The notes below the pieces were generated by a model that did no database searches, had not been told where the DNA came from, and was given only the letters and a program-made list of their open reading frames with translations. The position numbers were made by a program, and so were the translations under genes. A stretch of 64,000 nucleotides of DNA, from NCBI RefSeq assembly GCF_001194135.2, contig NC_068993.1:19956149-20020148 (forward strand). The letters are read 5' to 3'. Of this stretch, positions 51,825-64,000 are shown piece by piece. Source of the DNA: Octopus bimaculoides (lineage: Eukaryota). Positions within the stretch are counted from its first letter, which is position 1; every line of letters begins with the position of its first letter.

Positions 51825-54180
51825 ATACCCAAAGATCAGGGGAGGCCTTTAGAGAGAAGATGCATTATTTATCCTGAAAAACATCAAATAGGAGACTAGA
51901 ACTACTAAAGAAAAAAAACTATATAAGTTCTTTAAATGTGTTAGCTTAACCATCACAATAGAAAAAGAGCATAATTCTATTAACTACCTAGATGCCAACT
52001 GTAATCTAACCACGGGACTACAAGAACCACCCGTACATTAAATCAACTACAAATCTTAAATATATAAATGCACTTAGCAACCACCCAAACTTTATAAAAA
52101 GAGAACTTGTACAAGGCATCAGCAAATGAATCTCATATCTCTCGTCCAATGAAGATACCTTTAATAAGTATAAGGAATTCTACAACAGGGCATTGGAAAA
52201 AGCAGTTTATAAGCAAAAAATTAAGTACCTTTACGCAGAACCCTATAAAAATAACCTGAGTAACATAAATATCCAAAATTATAACAATAGGAATAATAAC
52301 CAAAATGTCTATTATAATAATCACAAAAACAATAAAAATAACAATAATAGTAATAGTTGTAGTAATAACAAAAATAGTAGGAAGAACGATAAGATTCATA
52401 ATAATATTAATAATAATATTAAATATGATAACGTTAGAAATACTAATAATGGGAATGATAACAATATCAAGAAAAATAATAACAATAAAAATAGCACACC
52501 TCAAAGAACCAATAAAGTCCCTGTCAGAAATGATAATATCAAGGTAAATAAAATAAATAAATTGTACAGGAACAACCCCCACCAAAGCTGATAGTAATAG
52601 TAATAAAAATAACAATAGAACTAATAATAATAATTATAACTATAAATTTACGATCTACAATAATGAGGGCAGGTTCTACACCAAAAACAAAAATATTAAA
52701 AATAATATATGGAAAAAAAGATAACATCTGGTTAATAATCCCATTGGCGATGCAACTAAAAATCAATATAGTTAAATCTATAATGAGACTTATAAATAAG
52801 CACTTCAGTATGAATTCCAAATACTCAGAAATTTTTAGCAATAAAATTAGAGTAAGCCATAGCCCAATGTAGCTCCTATTATAGCCTCTATCAACAATAA
52901 AAAGGTAGACGCCTTCTATGAAACTAGGAAGAATAACAATAAAAAGCACAACAACCAATCAATTGATATAATAAGGGATCCCCCACATAACCCACCCTCT
53001 AAAAATTCAGACAACCACCTTATAATAATCCCCGCCCGAACATATCAAAGGCACAGATAATCTTACTAATCTATGTGGCTGCAGAGATAAAAATACTTGT
53101 GAATTCTTAAATAAATGTAAAACTAAAAACATAATCTATCAATGTGATGTACTCTCTAATAATTACAAGAAAACTTACAACTGGAGCAACTAAAAATGAA
53201 ATGAAACTTAGATATAATTCCCATCACTCAAGTTTCAGAAATAGAAGTAAAGCGAACTCTACCAGACTAAGTAGTTACATCTGGGAACTCAAGGACAATA
53301 ACATTAATTATTGATTAGAATGGCATATCCTAGCCAAAACATCTTCATATAACCTTAATAATAATCACTGTAATTTATGCATAAATGAGATATTCTTCAT
53401 TTTAATGGCCAAATCAGATTTACTTAATAAACGAGACGAGAAAAATAACATGTTTACATAAAGATAAATTCTTATTTTCTAAATACTGCTAATACCCACA
53501 TTACACATTACTAACTGACCTGCCAAACATCTTATTACCTCCCCTAGCCATCCCACTTACTAGAGAGCATAATTTAACATCACATCACAATTTAAAATTA
53601 AATTACCCCGATTAACCAAACTATTTAAAATTCTACATTGTACACCAGGGCATATAATCCTCTATAATATATTCACTTTAAAGCTAGATTGCCGACTCAC
53701 ATAACGTTATAGTTTTATTGATTTTTATTTATTTACTCTTTACCTTTTTTATTATTCCTTTACATAGCCCGTATATATACAATATGTCATACTAACTTTA
53801 AAAAGCATCCTTAGTTCTTAACAAGGGCATTATTTGTAATCATAGGGACTAACCTAGCAGTCACTAACAGCGTCATATATTACAATTGACACCGGATATC
53901 TCCACCAGGTATAAGTCCTTCAACTAACACCACCAGTCAACTAGCCATTTTCCTCACTTACTGCTTCATCTAATTGAAGAAATATACACACACATGGAAC
54001 CCAAAAAGTCACTAAAATGTAAGCCTAAAGACTTTTTCCTTTTTCACCTATTTATGTTCCTCTAAATCATTCTGACGATGTTTGTTAAACGGAATGAGAT
54101 AAATGCAAATTTACTTCGATTTCATAAACAGAAACAGCTGTAAATGGTTCTGAACTACAATTAAACAATGACCTTTTAAT
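51821..54180 (+). mobile_element. Penelope-like retroelement, 5'-truncated and decayed (RT C-half, Asn-rich linker, GIY-YIG endonuclease, 3' region)
   Basis: GL*REDA (YRDD), INYLD, YINALSNHP, ISYLSSNEDTF, RLINKHF, CGCRDKNTC..KNIIYQ, SFRN..NSTRLSSYIWELKD, CNLCINE, LLNKRDE. Confidence 0.9.
54065..54149 (+). ncRNA. Type I hammerhead ribozyme motif
   Basis: Stem I AAUCAUU/AAUGGUU, CUGACGA core, stem II UGUUUG/UAAACA, GAAA, stem III AC-AGCU-GU, GUA cleavage triplet. Confidence 0.75.
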
Positions 54181-55829
54181 ACCAATGATCAACTTCTTAT
54201 TCTTATTTATTGCTCCATTTCTTTTCTTTTCTACACACACACACACACACACATAAATTCACGTCACTGTCTCCTTACTCTGACACCATGTGATAGTTGT
54301 GCATGTCACTGTCATTCTTTGTTTCCAATCTTCTATGCAAACATGTTTGGTCATGAGAAAATATTAACTTATTTGGAAACAGGTGAGGATTAGCAACAGG
54401 AAGGGCTCTGGTTGTAGAAAATAGGTCTCAACAAATTCTGTTGAATCCATGCAAACACGGATATGTGGACATTAAAATGATAATGAGGAACTATTTATAC
54501 TAATTTCTGAATATAGATACTTACAACACCTTGGGGTTTACCAAGAAGTTACCTATGTCCTAATGAGACTTGACATTGCTTTGGTGACTCAACAGAAACT
54601 TGTCTTGATGTGGTAAGATCATAACTGATTCACATCCATTTCACTATATTAGCATGAGTGAGATGCCAGGGATATAACATAATGACTGTAGAAAAGATTT
54701 GAACTTGTCACCATGAAATTAGTAATTATAATTTTTATTGTTGAAATGGAAATGACAATCAGAAAGAATTATAGATCTTGGGCTTCACTGATGAGTATTT
54801 CTGGAAACCAGACATTAAATGATGATGATGACAATGGACTATAAATTCATCACCATCATGAACATTTAACATCTGTTTTTGATGCTGGCGTGGGCTGGAT
54901 GGCCTGACAGGAACTGGCAAGGCCAGGGGCCGCACCAGATACCACAGTCTGTTTTGGCTTGGTTTCTATGGCTGGATGCCCTTCCTAATGTCAACCACTT
55001 TACAAAGTGTACTGGGTACTTTCTATGTGGCACCAGCACCTACATCAATGCTTTTTACATGGCACTTTGGATCCTAAGAATCACATTCTGTTGTGGTGGG
55101 CAGGTCTTCTTGAGTACAGCAATGTATCACATATCTGGGCCCTCCGTCATCTCCTTCTTAAGGTCCAGCATTTTGAGATCAGCTTTCAATACTTCATCCC
55201 ATGTCTACCTGGAACTCATTCTTCCACAACTTCTCTCCACTTTAAGTGGTCAGCACTTATGACCATTTTCACGAGCGTAATTGGAAATACAGGTCAATGT
55301 TTCCTAATTGAAATCTTTCTGATAATCATTTCCTAAAATTCTTTCCAACAGTCATTTCCAATTCTAGCAATAATAATTATATCTTTTGACAGGAAACAAA
55401 CCAGGTTTCTTCCGTTGCTAATTTTTTAGAATCTTGTTTGTTATTTTTATACAAGAGATGTAGCACAGTTACTAAGATTGACACTAGTATATAACTGGTT
55501 ATTTCTATGACTTAATAGAAGAAAGACATAAAACAAGGTCAATCTTTATAGAGTTTGAACTTAGAAGGCAGAAAGATCATCATCATCATCATCATCGTTT
55601 AACGTCCGCTTTCCATGCTAGCATGGGTTGGACGATTTGACTGAGGACTGGTGAACCAGATGGCTACACCAGGCTCCAGTCTAATTTGGCAGAGTTTCTA
55701 CAGCTGGATGCCCTTCCTAACGCCAATCACTCAGAGAGTGTAGTGGGTGCTTTTAATCATATATTGTATGATATTTAGCCCAATGCAATATTCTCTCAGT
55801 CATTTAAAAATGATATTATTTCCTGATAC

Positions 55830-56204
55830 TCTTTTACTTGTGTCACTCATTTGACTGTGGCCATGCTGGAGCACCGCCTTTAGTCAAGCAAATTGATCCC
55901 AGGACTTATTCTTTGGAAGCCTAGTACTTATTCTATCGGTCTCTTTTGCCGAACCGCTAAGTTACGGGGACGTAAACACACCACCATCGGTTGTCAAGCG
56001 ATGTTGGGGGGACAAACACAGACACACAAACATACATACATATGTACGACGGGCTTCTTTCAGTTTCCGTCTACCAAATCCACTCACAAGGCTTTGGTCG
56101 GCTCGAGGCTATAGTAGAAGACACTTGCCCAAGGTGCCACGCAGTGGGACTGAACCCGGAACCATGTGGTTGGTAAGCAAGCTACTTACCACACAGCCAC
56201 TCCT
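55830..56204 (-). mobile_element. SINE family A
   Basis: Full head and tail. Confidence 0.9.
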
Positions 56205-58361
56205 ACTATTAGTTTTATAAAATCCTTTTATTAAAGCAGGTATAGTCAATAAAACTGAGAGTACTAGCATACTATTGCATCTCTTATGGATACTAGAGAG
56301 ACCGAAGCAAAAATGACAGGAGCCCAAAACATCCAAAAACTAAATTAGGGATTAAACATGAGTTTTACTCTTGTGGTATTCTGAACTTATAACCCTAAAT
56401 TCAGGACACCTAATAACTTATATTAGTTGCATATGATACAGTAACTTCTTAAATACGTTGAAAGCTTAAGTTGGTATTGCTACTGCTACTGCTACTACCA
56501 CTAGACAGCAAGGAAACAGTTGTGTAATCATCTTAAACTCTAAATACATAAGGGCGCACTTCATCATGTAATCAAAGATAAAGATGAAATGGTTACAGCT
56601 AGAATAATCTGATCATAGGTAAGTTTGCTCAGAGCTGGCATGGAGCAAAACACAACGACTACTACTACTGCTACCATTATTATTTCTCACCACTGCTGCC
56701 ACCACCACAACTGCCATAAACAGTAACCTTTTTCTGCCCAGTCTTCATTACATTTCATAAAGATTACAAGCTTTAATGATAAAAATGAAACAACAAAAGT
56801 ACCCCAGACATATCAGCATTATCAATTCTTAAAACAAAAAATAGCGTGATAAAAACCACTAAAATCTTGCAGTCAAGAGATAACAGTTGCAATTAATTGC
56901 ATTTAAACACCATTTGGATGTTTGCAAAACAGCTTAGTTAACATGTTTAAATCAGAGAATCACACTTGAGACTGTTAAAGTTCAAAGTCTGATACTTTAC
57001 TTTTACCAGTTAGATAACATCTGTAGACATTGTCAAGACTGAGCTTTCTATGAAGTTTCTGAACTGTGCAAGCCTGAACAGAGTTAAAATTTTACTGTGA
57101 CGTTTTAAAAAAATATATTTTATCAAGAGTACATCCTGATGTCATACTGAATTGACTTCTATTCTATCATAAAGAAAGCTGTTTATTAATTAGTTAGGAG
57201 CATGTACCTTTTACTAGAAAAAAAAAAGCGATTATTAAAGTCTACACTGTCTAGAAAATTCTAAAAAATTCTATTATTAATATATTTCTATCAAAATATG
57301 TTTTTCAAACAATTGAAGATTTCAATTACATGATTTAATAAGAAAAATTAATTCTAATGTTTCTGTTCATACTTTGGCATAACTACAGAANNNNNNNNNN
57401 NNNNNNNNNNNNNNNNNNNNNNNNNNNNNNNNNNNNNNNNNNNNNNNNNNNNNNNNNNNNNNNNNNNNNNNNNNNNNNNNNNNNNNNNNNNNNNNNNNNN
57501 NNNNNNNNNNNNNNNNNNNNNNNNNNNNNNNNNNNNNNNNNNNNNNNNNNNNNNNNNNNNNNNNNNNNNNNNNNNNNNNNNNNNNNNNNNNNNNNNNNNN
57601 NNNNNNNNNNNNNNNNNNNNNNNNNNNNNNNNNNNNNNNNNNNNNNNNNNNNNNNNNNNNNNNNNNNNNNNNNNNNNNNNNNNNNNNNNNNNNNNNNNNN
57701 NNNNNNNNNNNNNNNNNNNNNNNNNNNNNNNNNNNNNNNNNNNNNNNNNNNNNNNNNNNNNNNNNNNNNNNNNNNNNNNNNNNNNNNNNNNNNNNNNNNN
57801 NNNNNNNNNNNNNNNNNNNNNNNNNNNNNNNNNNNNNNNNNNNNNNNNNNNNNNNNNNNNNNNNNNNNNNNNNNNNNNNNNNNNNNNNNNNNNNNNNNNN
57901 NNNNNNNNNNNNNNNNNNNNNNNNNNNNNNNNNNNNNNNNNNNNNNNNNNNNNNNNNNNNNNNNNNNNNNNNNNNNNNNNNNNNNNNNNNNNNNNNNNNN
58001 NNNNNNGGGGAGAGGAGTTTTGTATAATTCAAATGCCAATGCCTATAAAAGTGGTTAAATAGGAAATTAATGAATCTTCTAGAAATAGCAGCCCAAACTA
58101 TCATAAATCACATAATTAATGTTTGAAAAGGACATATTGACAAATGTAAATTGAGCCAAATTGGAAAAATTCTTCTCCAAGATGATATGTGTGAAAACAC
58201 ATATAATAGACCCAGGATTAGGTACCTATGTATATATAGGTACCTTGCTGACATTCAACCCATGTCAGCAAGGAACGTTAAATGATAACAATGATGATTA
58301 ACTGAAATAGAAAACTAAACTCAAAATAAACTCATTTAACTTAAACACTATATATATATAC

Positions 58362-58392
<31 letters not shown>

Positions 58393-58419
58393 ATAAAGAG
58401 AATTAGAAACGAAACTGAC

Positions 58420-58494
58420 CTCTTCCTCACTCTCGCTCTCACTGTCATTAGTTGGGTCAATACTCAAAAAGAACTTCAAGGCAGCTACCATTAT
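58420..58494 (-). CDS. SDAD1: SDAD1 exon IMVAALKFFLSIDPTNDSESESEEE
   Basis: 75 nt, ctttttgcAG / GTcagt, phase 0/0; continues the previous exon (ILVAALTFFL...DSDSESE in homologues). Confidence 0.93.
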
Positions 58495-59869
58495 CTGCAA
58501 AAAGAAATACCATAGCAAACTATATTAAACTATATATATAATAATAAACCATGTGTGNNNNNNNNNNCGAACATTATTATTAACCCATATTTGAATGTCT
58601 AGAAACTTCAATGAAAACAGTTTTCGTGTAAATAATTATTACATCTACGTCAGTGTTTATACATGTACACAAATCTGAATGGCTGCAGATCTGGATTTGA
58701 AATAGCAAGTATTCTAGTTTGGTAGCGGAAATAACTGTTTCGCTCGGGAGAGGTTAAAAAAAAAAAATTGTATATCAGATAGAATTTAATGAGTTATTTC
58801 CCTTTATCACAATTACTTTCAGTGACAGGTTATCCAAAACATTTCCTATAGGGNNNNNNNNNNNNNNNNNNNNNNNNNNNNNNNNNNNNNNNNNNNNNNN
58901 NNNNNNNNNNNNNNNNNNNNNNNNNNNNNNNNNNNNNNNNNNNNNNNNNNNNNNNNNNNNNNNNNNNNNNNNNNNNNNNNNNNNNNNNNNNNNNNNNNNN
59001 NNNNNNNNNNNNNNNNNNNNNNNNNNNNNNNNNNNNNNNNNNNNNNNNNNNNNNNNNNNNNNNNNNNNNNNNNNNNNNNNNNNNNNNNNNNNNNNNNNNN
59101 NNNNNNNNNNNNNNNNNNNNNNNNNNNNNNNNNNNNNNNNNNNNNNNNNNNNNNNNNNNNNNNNNNNNNNNNNNNNNNNNNNNNNNNNNNNNNNNNNNNN
59201 NNNNNNNNNNNNNNNNNNNNNNNNNNNNNNNNNNNNNNNNNNNNNNNNNNNNNNNNNNNNNNNNNNNNNNNNNNNNNNNNNNNNNNNNNNNNNNNNNNNN
59301 NNNNNNNNNNNNNNNNNNNNNNNNNNNNNNNNNNNNNNNNNNNNNNNNNNNNNNNNNNNNNNNNNNNNNNNNNNNNNNNNNNNNNNNNNNNNNNNNNNNN
59401 NNNNNNNNNNNNNNNNNNNNNNNNNNNNNNNNNNNNNNNNNNNNNNNNNNNNNNNNNNNNNNNNNNNNNNNNNNNNNNNNNNNNNNNNNNNNNNNNNNNN
59501 NNNNNNNNNNNNNTTTGAATCCTTTTTTTTTTTTTTTTCAATTAAAATTTTCAAATTTATGCACAAGGATTGCAATTTTAGGGGAAGAGGGATGACCAGT
59601 AGATTTAGCCATCCCAGTATTTGACTGATTCTATATCTTATCATCCCTGAAAGGATCAAAGACAAAGTTAACCACAGTAGAATTTGAACTTATAATGGAA
59701 AGAGCTGAAAGAAATGCCTTTTTTGTTTATTATTCTTCTATTTATATTGTGTGATTTTTAAAATAAATATATGATACACAATAGAAACCCATTTGGGCAA
59801 TTACAAGATATCTTTAAAAAAAAAAAGATAAAAATAGTTTATTTGCAAGAAACAAGTATCATTTATTTG

Positions 59870-61000
59870 ATATGGTAATTTTAGAAACATTGGTGCTACA
59901 CGAAGGGGAACATTACAGATTTACAGATGGGGTACACAATATCCTTTACGAATTTTATTCTTTTACTGTTTTCTTCCACAGCATAAACTTTGCATTGTCC
60001 TGTTAGATTTGCCTTCTTGATAGGAGGAATATCCACAGGAAAATGGCCAAGTGAAAAGCAAACATGATCGAGGTATTTTGAGGGTCTTCCAGCCTTTGGA
60101 CATGGAATATGTAGGAGGTACTTCTTAACTGTTTGCTCAATCTAAACTGCAGAGAGGTCAGAGGTTTTCAAGCAGTAACAATATTATCATGATTGTCATT
60201 GCTCTCTTTGTCAGTCTAGGACTTGTTTTATAGAAGAAGTATGAATTTCACAGTCCAAGATCCATTAAGTGAAACATCTTTGAATAAGTACTTCTTGTCT
60301 TGATTCCTAGGTATTGGGTAATCACTGAAATGCCAGCTGACTGCCAACCTCACGTTGTAGTCACAAAGAATCTGATCTTTTCTAAATTTTTATTCAAGTA
60401 ATTACTTTCTTCATAGCTGGACTGTGTATACAACAGGTAATCTTCCACTCCACATCATTTCTCCTTCCTTCAGTGGTTCTGGCATTTCCTTTCTTTTGGC
60501 CTACAGTATGACACACATCAGTAACTTCTAGACAAAATACATCAGCTAGTAGTAGACTTGTATAAAAGTTATCAAAACTTCAGCAGTAGTTTTGTTCTAG
60601 TAAAAGTTTCATGATTGTCATGACTACCTCCAAGGACACTGAGGCCACCAAACGGCCCATCAAGTTTTGTTCTACAAAATATCATGTTATAAGTCCATTC
60701 TGCAACATATGTATATATATTCATGAGATATCTCATGATAACCTGGGAAGAGATTAAGATGTTTTGAACTTTTTCAGCTTACCCAATACCCAGCATTAAT
60801 TTGGGAAGGGAAGTGAACCTACAAGCCATACACTGCATGATGGTATATTTTATTTATCTGCCATACATTGCAGTGGTGAGTGAAAATACACAGTTGATAA
60901 CAGCATATTTTTATCAAATGTTGAAGGCCTTGATCATGTGAGGGCTGTAGAAGGACAATCTTAGGAGAATGAATCCTGTTCTTTGCTTATTCAATGCCAA
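59870..61000 (-). pseudogene. piggyBac-type transposase fossil (PGBD4-like), heavily frameshifted
   Basis: YGL*V, DNFYTSLLLAD, VCHTV..RKEMP..LKEGE, CDYN, FHLMDLGL*NSY, GHFPVDIPP..K...CKV and CNVPL of the Cys-rich tail; upper boundary uncertain. Confidence 0.8.
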
Positions 61001-61157
61001 AACACCAGCATAGAGTATGGACAATTCCAACAAACATCAATATAAAATGCCAGAGGATCCAATAGATGGTGAATTATAAGGAGGGTTTATGTTGGGTATG
61101 ATGTCTTGATTAGATGATGATCAAATGACCTTGTGTGAAGCAGAGAGAAGGGTTTAA

Positions 61158-61377
61158 CCCTTTAGTGTTCACATTATTCTGCCATAATTAATTCTTTTTT
61201 ATCCACATTGTTTTTAACTAGTCATGCATTATCTCGTAGCTATGAGATTTTGATGAGGTAGCTGTTAATTTTAAAACGATATTGTAGGGTTGGTGTGAGA
61301 GATCAGATCTGGCCAGTTTGAACATAGAATAGGCAGAATACTTTTGGCCGGATATGGCCAGTTTAAATGCTAAAGGG
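61158..61377. mobile_element. TTAA-type (piggyBac-like) MITE, 220 bp
   Basis: ttaa|ccctttagtgtt ... aatgctaaaggg|ttaa. Confidence 0.85.
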
Positions 61378-62044
61378 TTAAAGTAATCTTTTAGAGTAAA
61401 GCTCAAATAACAACAATAACATTGAGCAATACAATAGAGTATGAAAGTTATTTCTTACATAAGCATATGATCCCCTCCCCCGAACTTGCTGGCTTTGTGC
61501 CAAAATTTGAAACCTTTATCATTATCATCATCATTATTGAGAGGTTTGACTGTGGGTATTATTTATGGTTAGCAATAACATTATGGGGAAAGGAGACTAG
61601 ATTCTCAGAACTAAGATTCTATTATTATTATCATCACCACTACAAAAATGCCTGAATTTTGTCCAGTCATATAAACACCATCTTCTTTATCCCTTAATTT
61701 ATCTTCTGTCTTACAGTTTATTTCCACTGTTAACTCACAGAACATTTCAATAGAAGACAATAAAGGAAATAACCGATCAGTTTTGTGTTTGTTTCTGGTT
61801 TCTTCTATAAAATTTCGAAGTGAATATTTTTAAAATTTTCGCTGCATAGTTTTTCTGAAATAAATTTGTTTTCATTTTTATTCTTCTGTATCACTGGTGA
61901 AGTTGCAATCACTACTGAAAAGGGGGTTAAGTTAAAGACAATACAATCTTCCCCTCATATCTTTACCCAAGACACAAATAGTTACAAACAACACTATACC
62001 TGTAAGCAAACAACCTAATGACCATTGATCTGCAGTGGTTTTCA

Positions 62045-62965
62045 TCATCATCATTGTCATTTAACGTCCGCTTTCCATGCCAGTATGGGTTGGACAATTT
62101 GACTGAGGACTGGTGGACCAGGAGGCGACACCAGGCTCCAATCTGATTTGGCAGAGTTTCTACAGCTGGATGCCCTTCCTAACACCAACCACTCCGAGAG
62201 TGTAGTGGGTGCTTTTACGTGCCACTGGCATGAGAGCCAGTCAGGCAGTACTGGCGACGGCCACACTCAAAATGGTGTATTTTACGTGCCACTTGCACAG
62301 GAGCCAGTCCATCGGCACGGCAACGATCTAACTCGAATGTCTTGCTGGCAACGGTCACGCTCAAAATGGTGTATTTTACGTGTCACCTGCACAGGAGCCA
62401 GTCCATTGGCACTGGCAACGATCTCGCTCGAATGTCTTTTCACATGCCACTGGCACAAGTGCCAGAAAGGCAACGTTGGTAACGATCACGCTGGTGCTAT
62501 TTACGTGCCACCGGTACGGAAGCCAGACAGCTGCTTTGGCAACGATCGCGCTCGGATGGTGCTCTTAGTGCTCCACTGGTACAGGTGCCATCACAATTTC
62601 ACTTTCACTTGACCCAACAGGTCTTCACAAGCCGAGTTTAGTGTTCTTACAAATTTAGTTCGATTTCGATTTCACTTGCCTCATCATGTCTTCGCAAGCG
62701 GAGCTTAGTGTCCAATGAAGGAATGTTACGCATAAGTGGGCTGGCTACATCCCTAGCAGAGGCCTTGGATTTTGGTCTCACTTGGCTTGCCGGGTCTTCT
62801 CACGCACAGCATATTTCCAAAGATCACGGTCACAAGTCATTGCCTCAGTCAGGCCTAATGTTCGGAGGTCGTGCTTCACCACCTCATCCCAGGTCTTCCT
62901 AGGCCTGCCTCTGCCACGGGTTCCCTCAACCGCTAGGGTGTGGCACTTTTTCACGTAGCTATCCT
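62045..62965 (-). mobile_element. RTE LINE 3' end: ORF C-terminus plus about 800 bp 3' UTR and (GAT)n tail
   Basis: SYVKKCHTLAVEGTRGRGRPRKTWDEVVKHDLRTLGL runs directly into the family-D sequence. Confidence 0.88.
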
Positions 62966-63060
62966 TTCAATACAAACGCACCTGAGCTGGTTAACTGCAA
63001 GACCAAGAGAAATATATATATAACTAACAACTATTACAAAATAACAGAGGTGACTGTTAC

Positions 63061-63153
63061 CTTGGTAACTTTTGAGAAACAAGCTGTGCTGATAACATTG
63101 ACTGTTTTGGCATCTTTCCATGTGTTTCTTCGATACAGCTCAACCATAACATC
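63061..63153 (-). CDS. SDAD1: SDA1 homologue coding exon (most 5' exon in window), [31 protein letters not shown]
   Basis: 93 nt, tttgcAG acceptor, GTaac donor, phase 0/0; matches recalled SDA1 motif [31 protein letters not shown]. Confidence 0.95.
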
Positions 63154-63411
63154 CTGCAAAATAAGAATCAAATATTAACTGACTTCTGTGTATACATGTA
63201 TTTAGTATAGAATCCAAATAGAACACAGCAGATATAGAAAGATGAGTAATACCGTCAGAGAAGTAGCTCTTGTAATTACAACAGAATAGACACAAAAATG
63301 GATATAGTTTGCAGATGTTTAATCAAGTGTCAAAAAAGACAAAAATTGCATGTAAAATGGACGCAGTAGCTAATGTATTTCTCAATACCATTGCTAAAAA
63401 TATCTATTTAA

Positions 63412-63690
63412 CCCATTACCTACCAGTGATCTCATATGAGATCGCTTAAAAATTACAAATTTCATAATTATCTGTCAATATTTACACACATCTAACCTTT
63501 TTTGCTATATCTACTAGGTATATTTCTCTGATATTCAAATGAGGTTTGCTAATTTTTCACTCAATATCTCGCTTATTTCTATTTAAAATGTTATTTTGAT
63601 CATTCCAGCATGTTTCTAAGGCTGTTTTATGCTAGAAATCAAAGTTTCATAAAAAAAATTCCAGTTAATAGAATTATGGGGGGTAATGGG
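63412..63690. mobile_element. Second TTAA-type MITE family, 279 bp
   Basis: ttaa|cccattacc ... ggtaatggg|ttaa. Confidence 0.8.
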
Positions 63691-64000
63691 TTAAGCTAGT
63701 ATTTTTGAAAGTAAGATATTTCTTATGAAAAAAAAAAAAAAAGGTGATTGTTTATTTTAAAGTTATTACAAGAGAAATTTATGAAAGGAGACATGTGACT
63801 CTCCTACGAGAATAAGTTAATCAAAATCAAACCAGCTAAATGTAAAGATGGTTTATGATGTTAAATATGGAATCTTTGTCATAGGAAATCACTGGTCAAC
63901 AAGAGTGCTGCTCATTATATATGAGTATTATAGATAAATATGTCTAATTAGTGGGAAAATAACGCAAGCACACTGAGAATAAAAGAGACTAGTAGATATC

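Noticed and set aside
58010-58104. AISRRFINFLFNHFY resembles SDA1 ISRLVGIHELFLFNFY
   Set aside because: Wrong position in exon order and no splice sites; likely coincidence

Overview
AT-rich, repeat-dense animal genomic DNA with about 12 assembly gaps. The SINE, LINE and microsatellite make-up suggests an octopus (inference). The only host gene found is a minus-strand SDA1/SDAD1 homologue (60S ribosomal subunit biogenesis factor). I traced 12 complete coding exons and one partial exon from 63153 down to the stop codon at 10428; all complete exons have GT-AG boundaries and compatible phases. Its 5' exons lie beyond the window, and roughly 100 aa of its middle appear hidden in N gaps. The rest is transposon-derived: three tRNA-type SINE families, RTE LINE 3' ends, fragments of Tx1-like, CR1-like and RLE-type LINEs, a decayed Penelope-like element, a piggyBac transposase fossil, and MITEs with TTAA, TA and 8-bp target duplications. 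The most notable observations are a complete type I hammerhead ribozyme fold at the 3' end of the Penelope-like element, a CpG contrast in old repeats that coincides with the gene's 3' end, apparent site-preferring SINE-into-SINE insertion, and a stand-alone tRNA-like unit. I found no convincing novel multi-gene system, CRISPR array or rRNA. All homology calls come from motif recognition by eye, not database searches.
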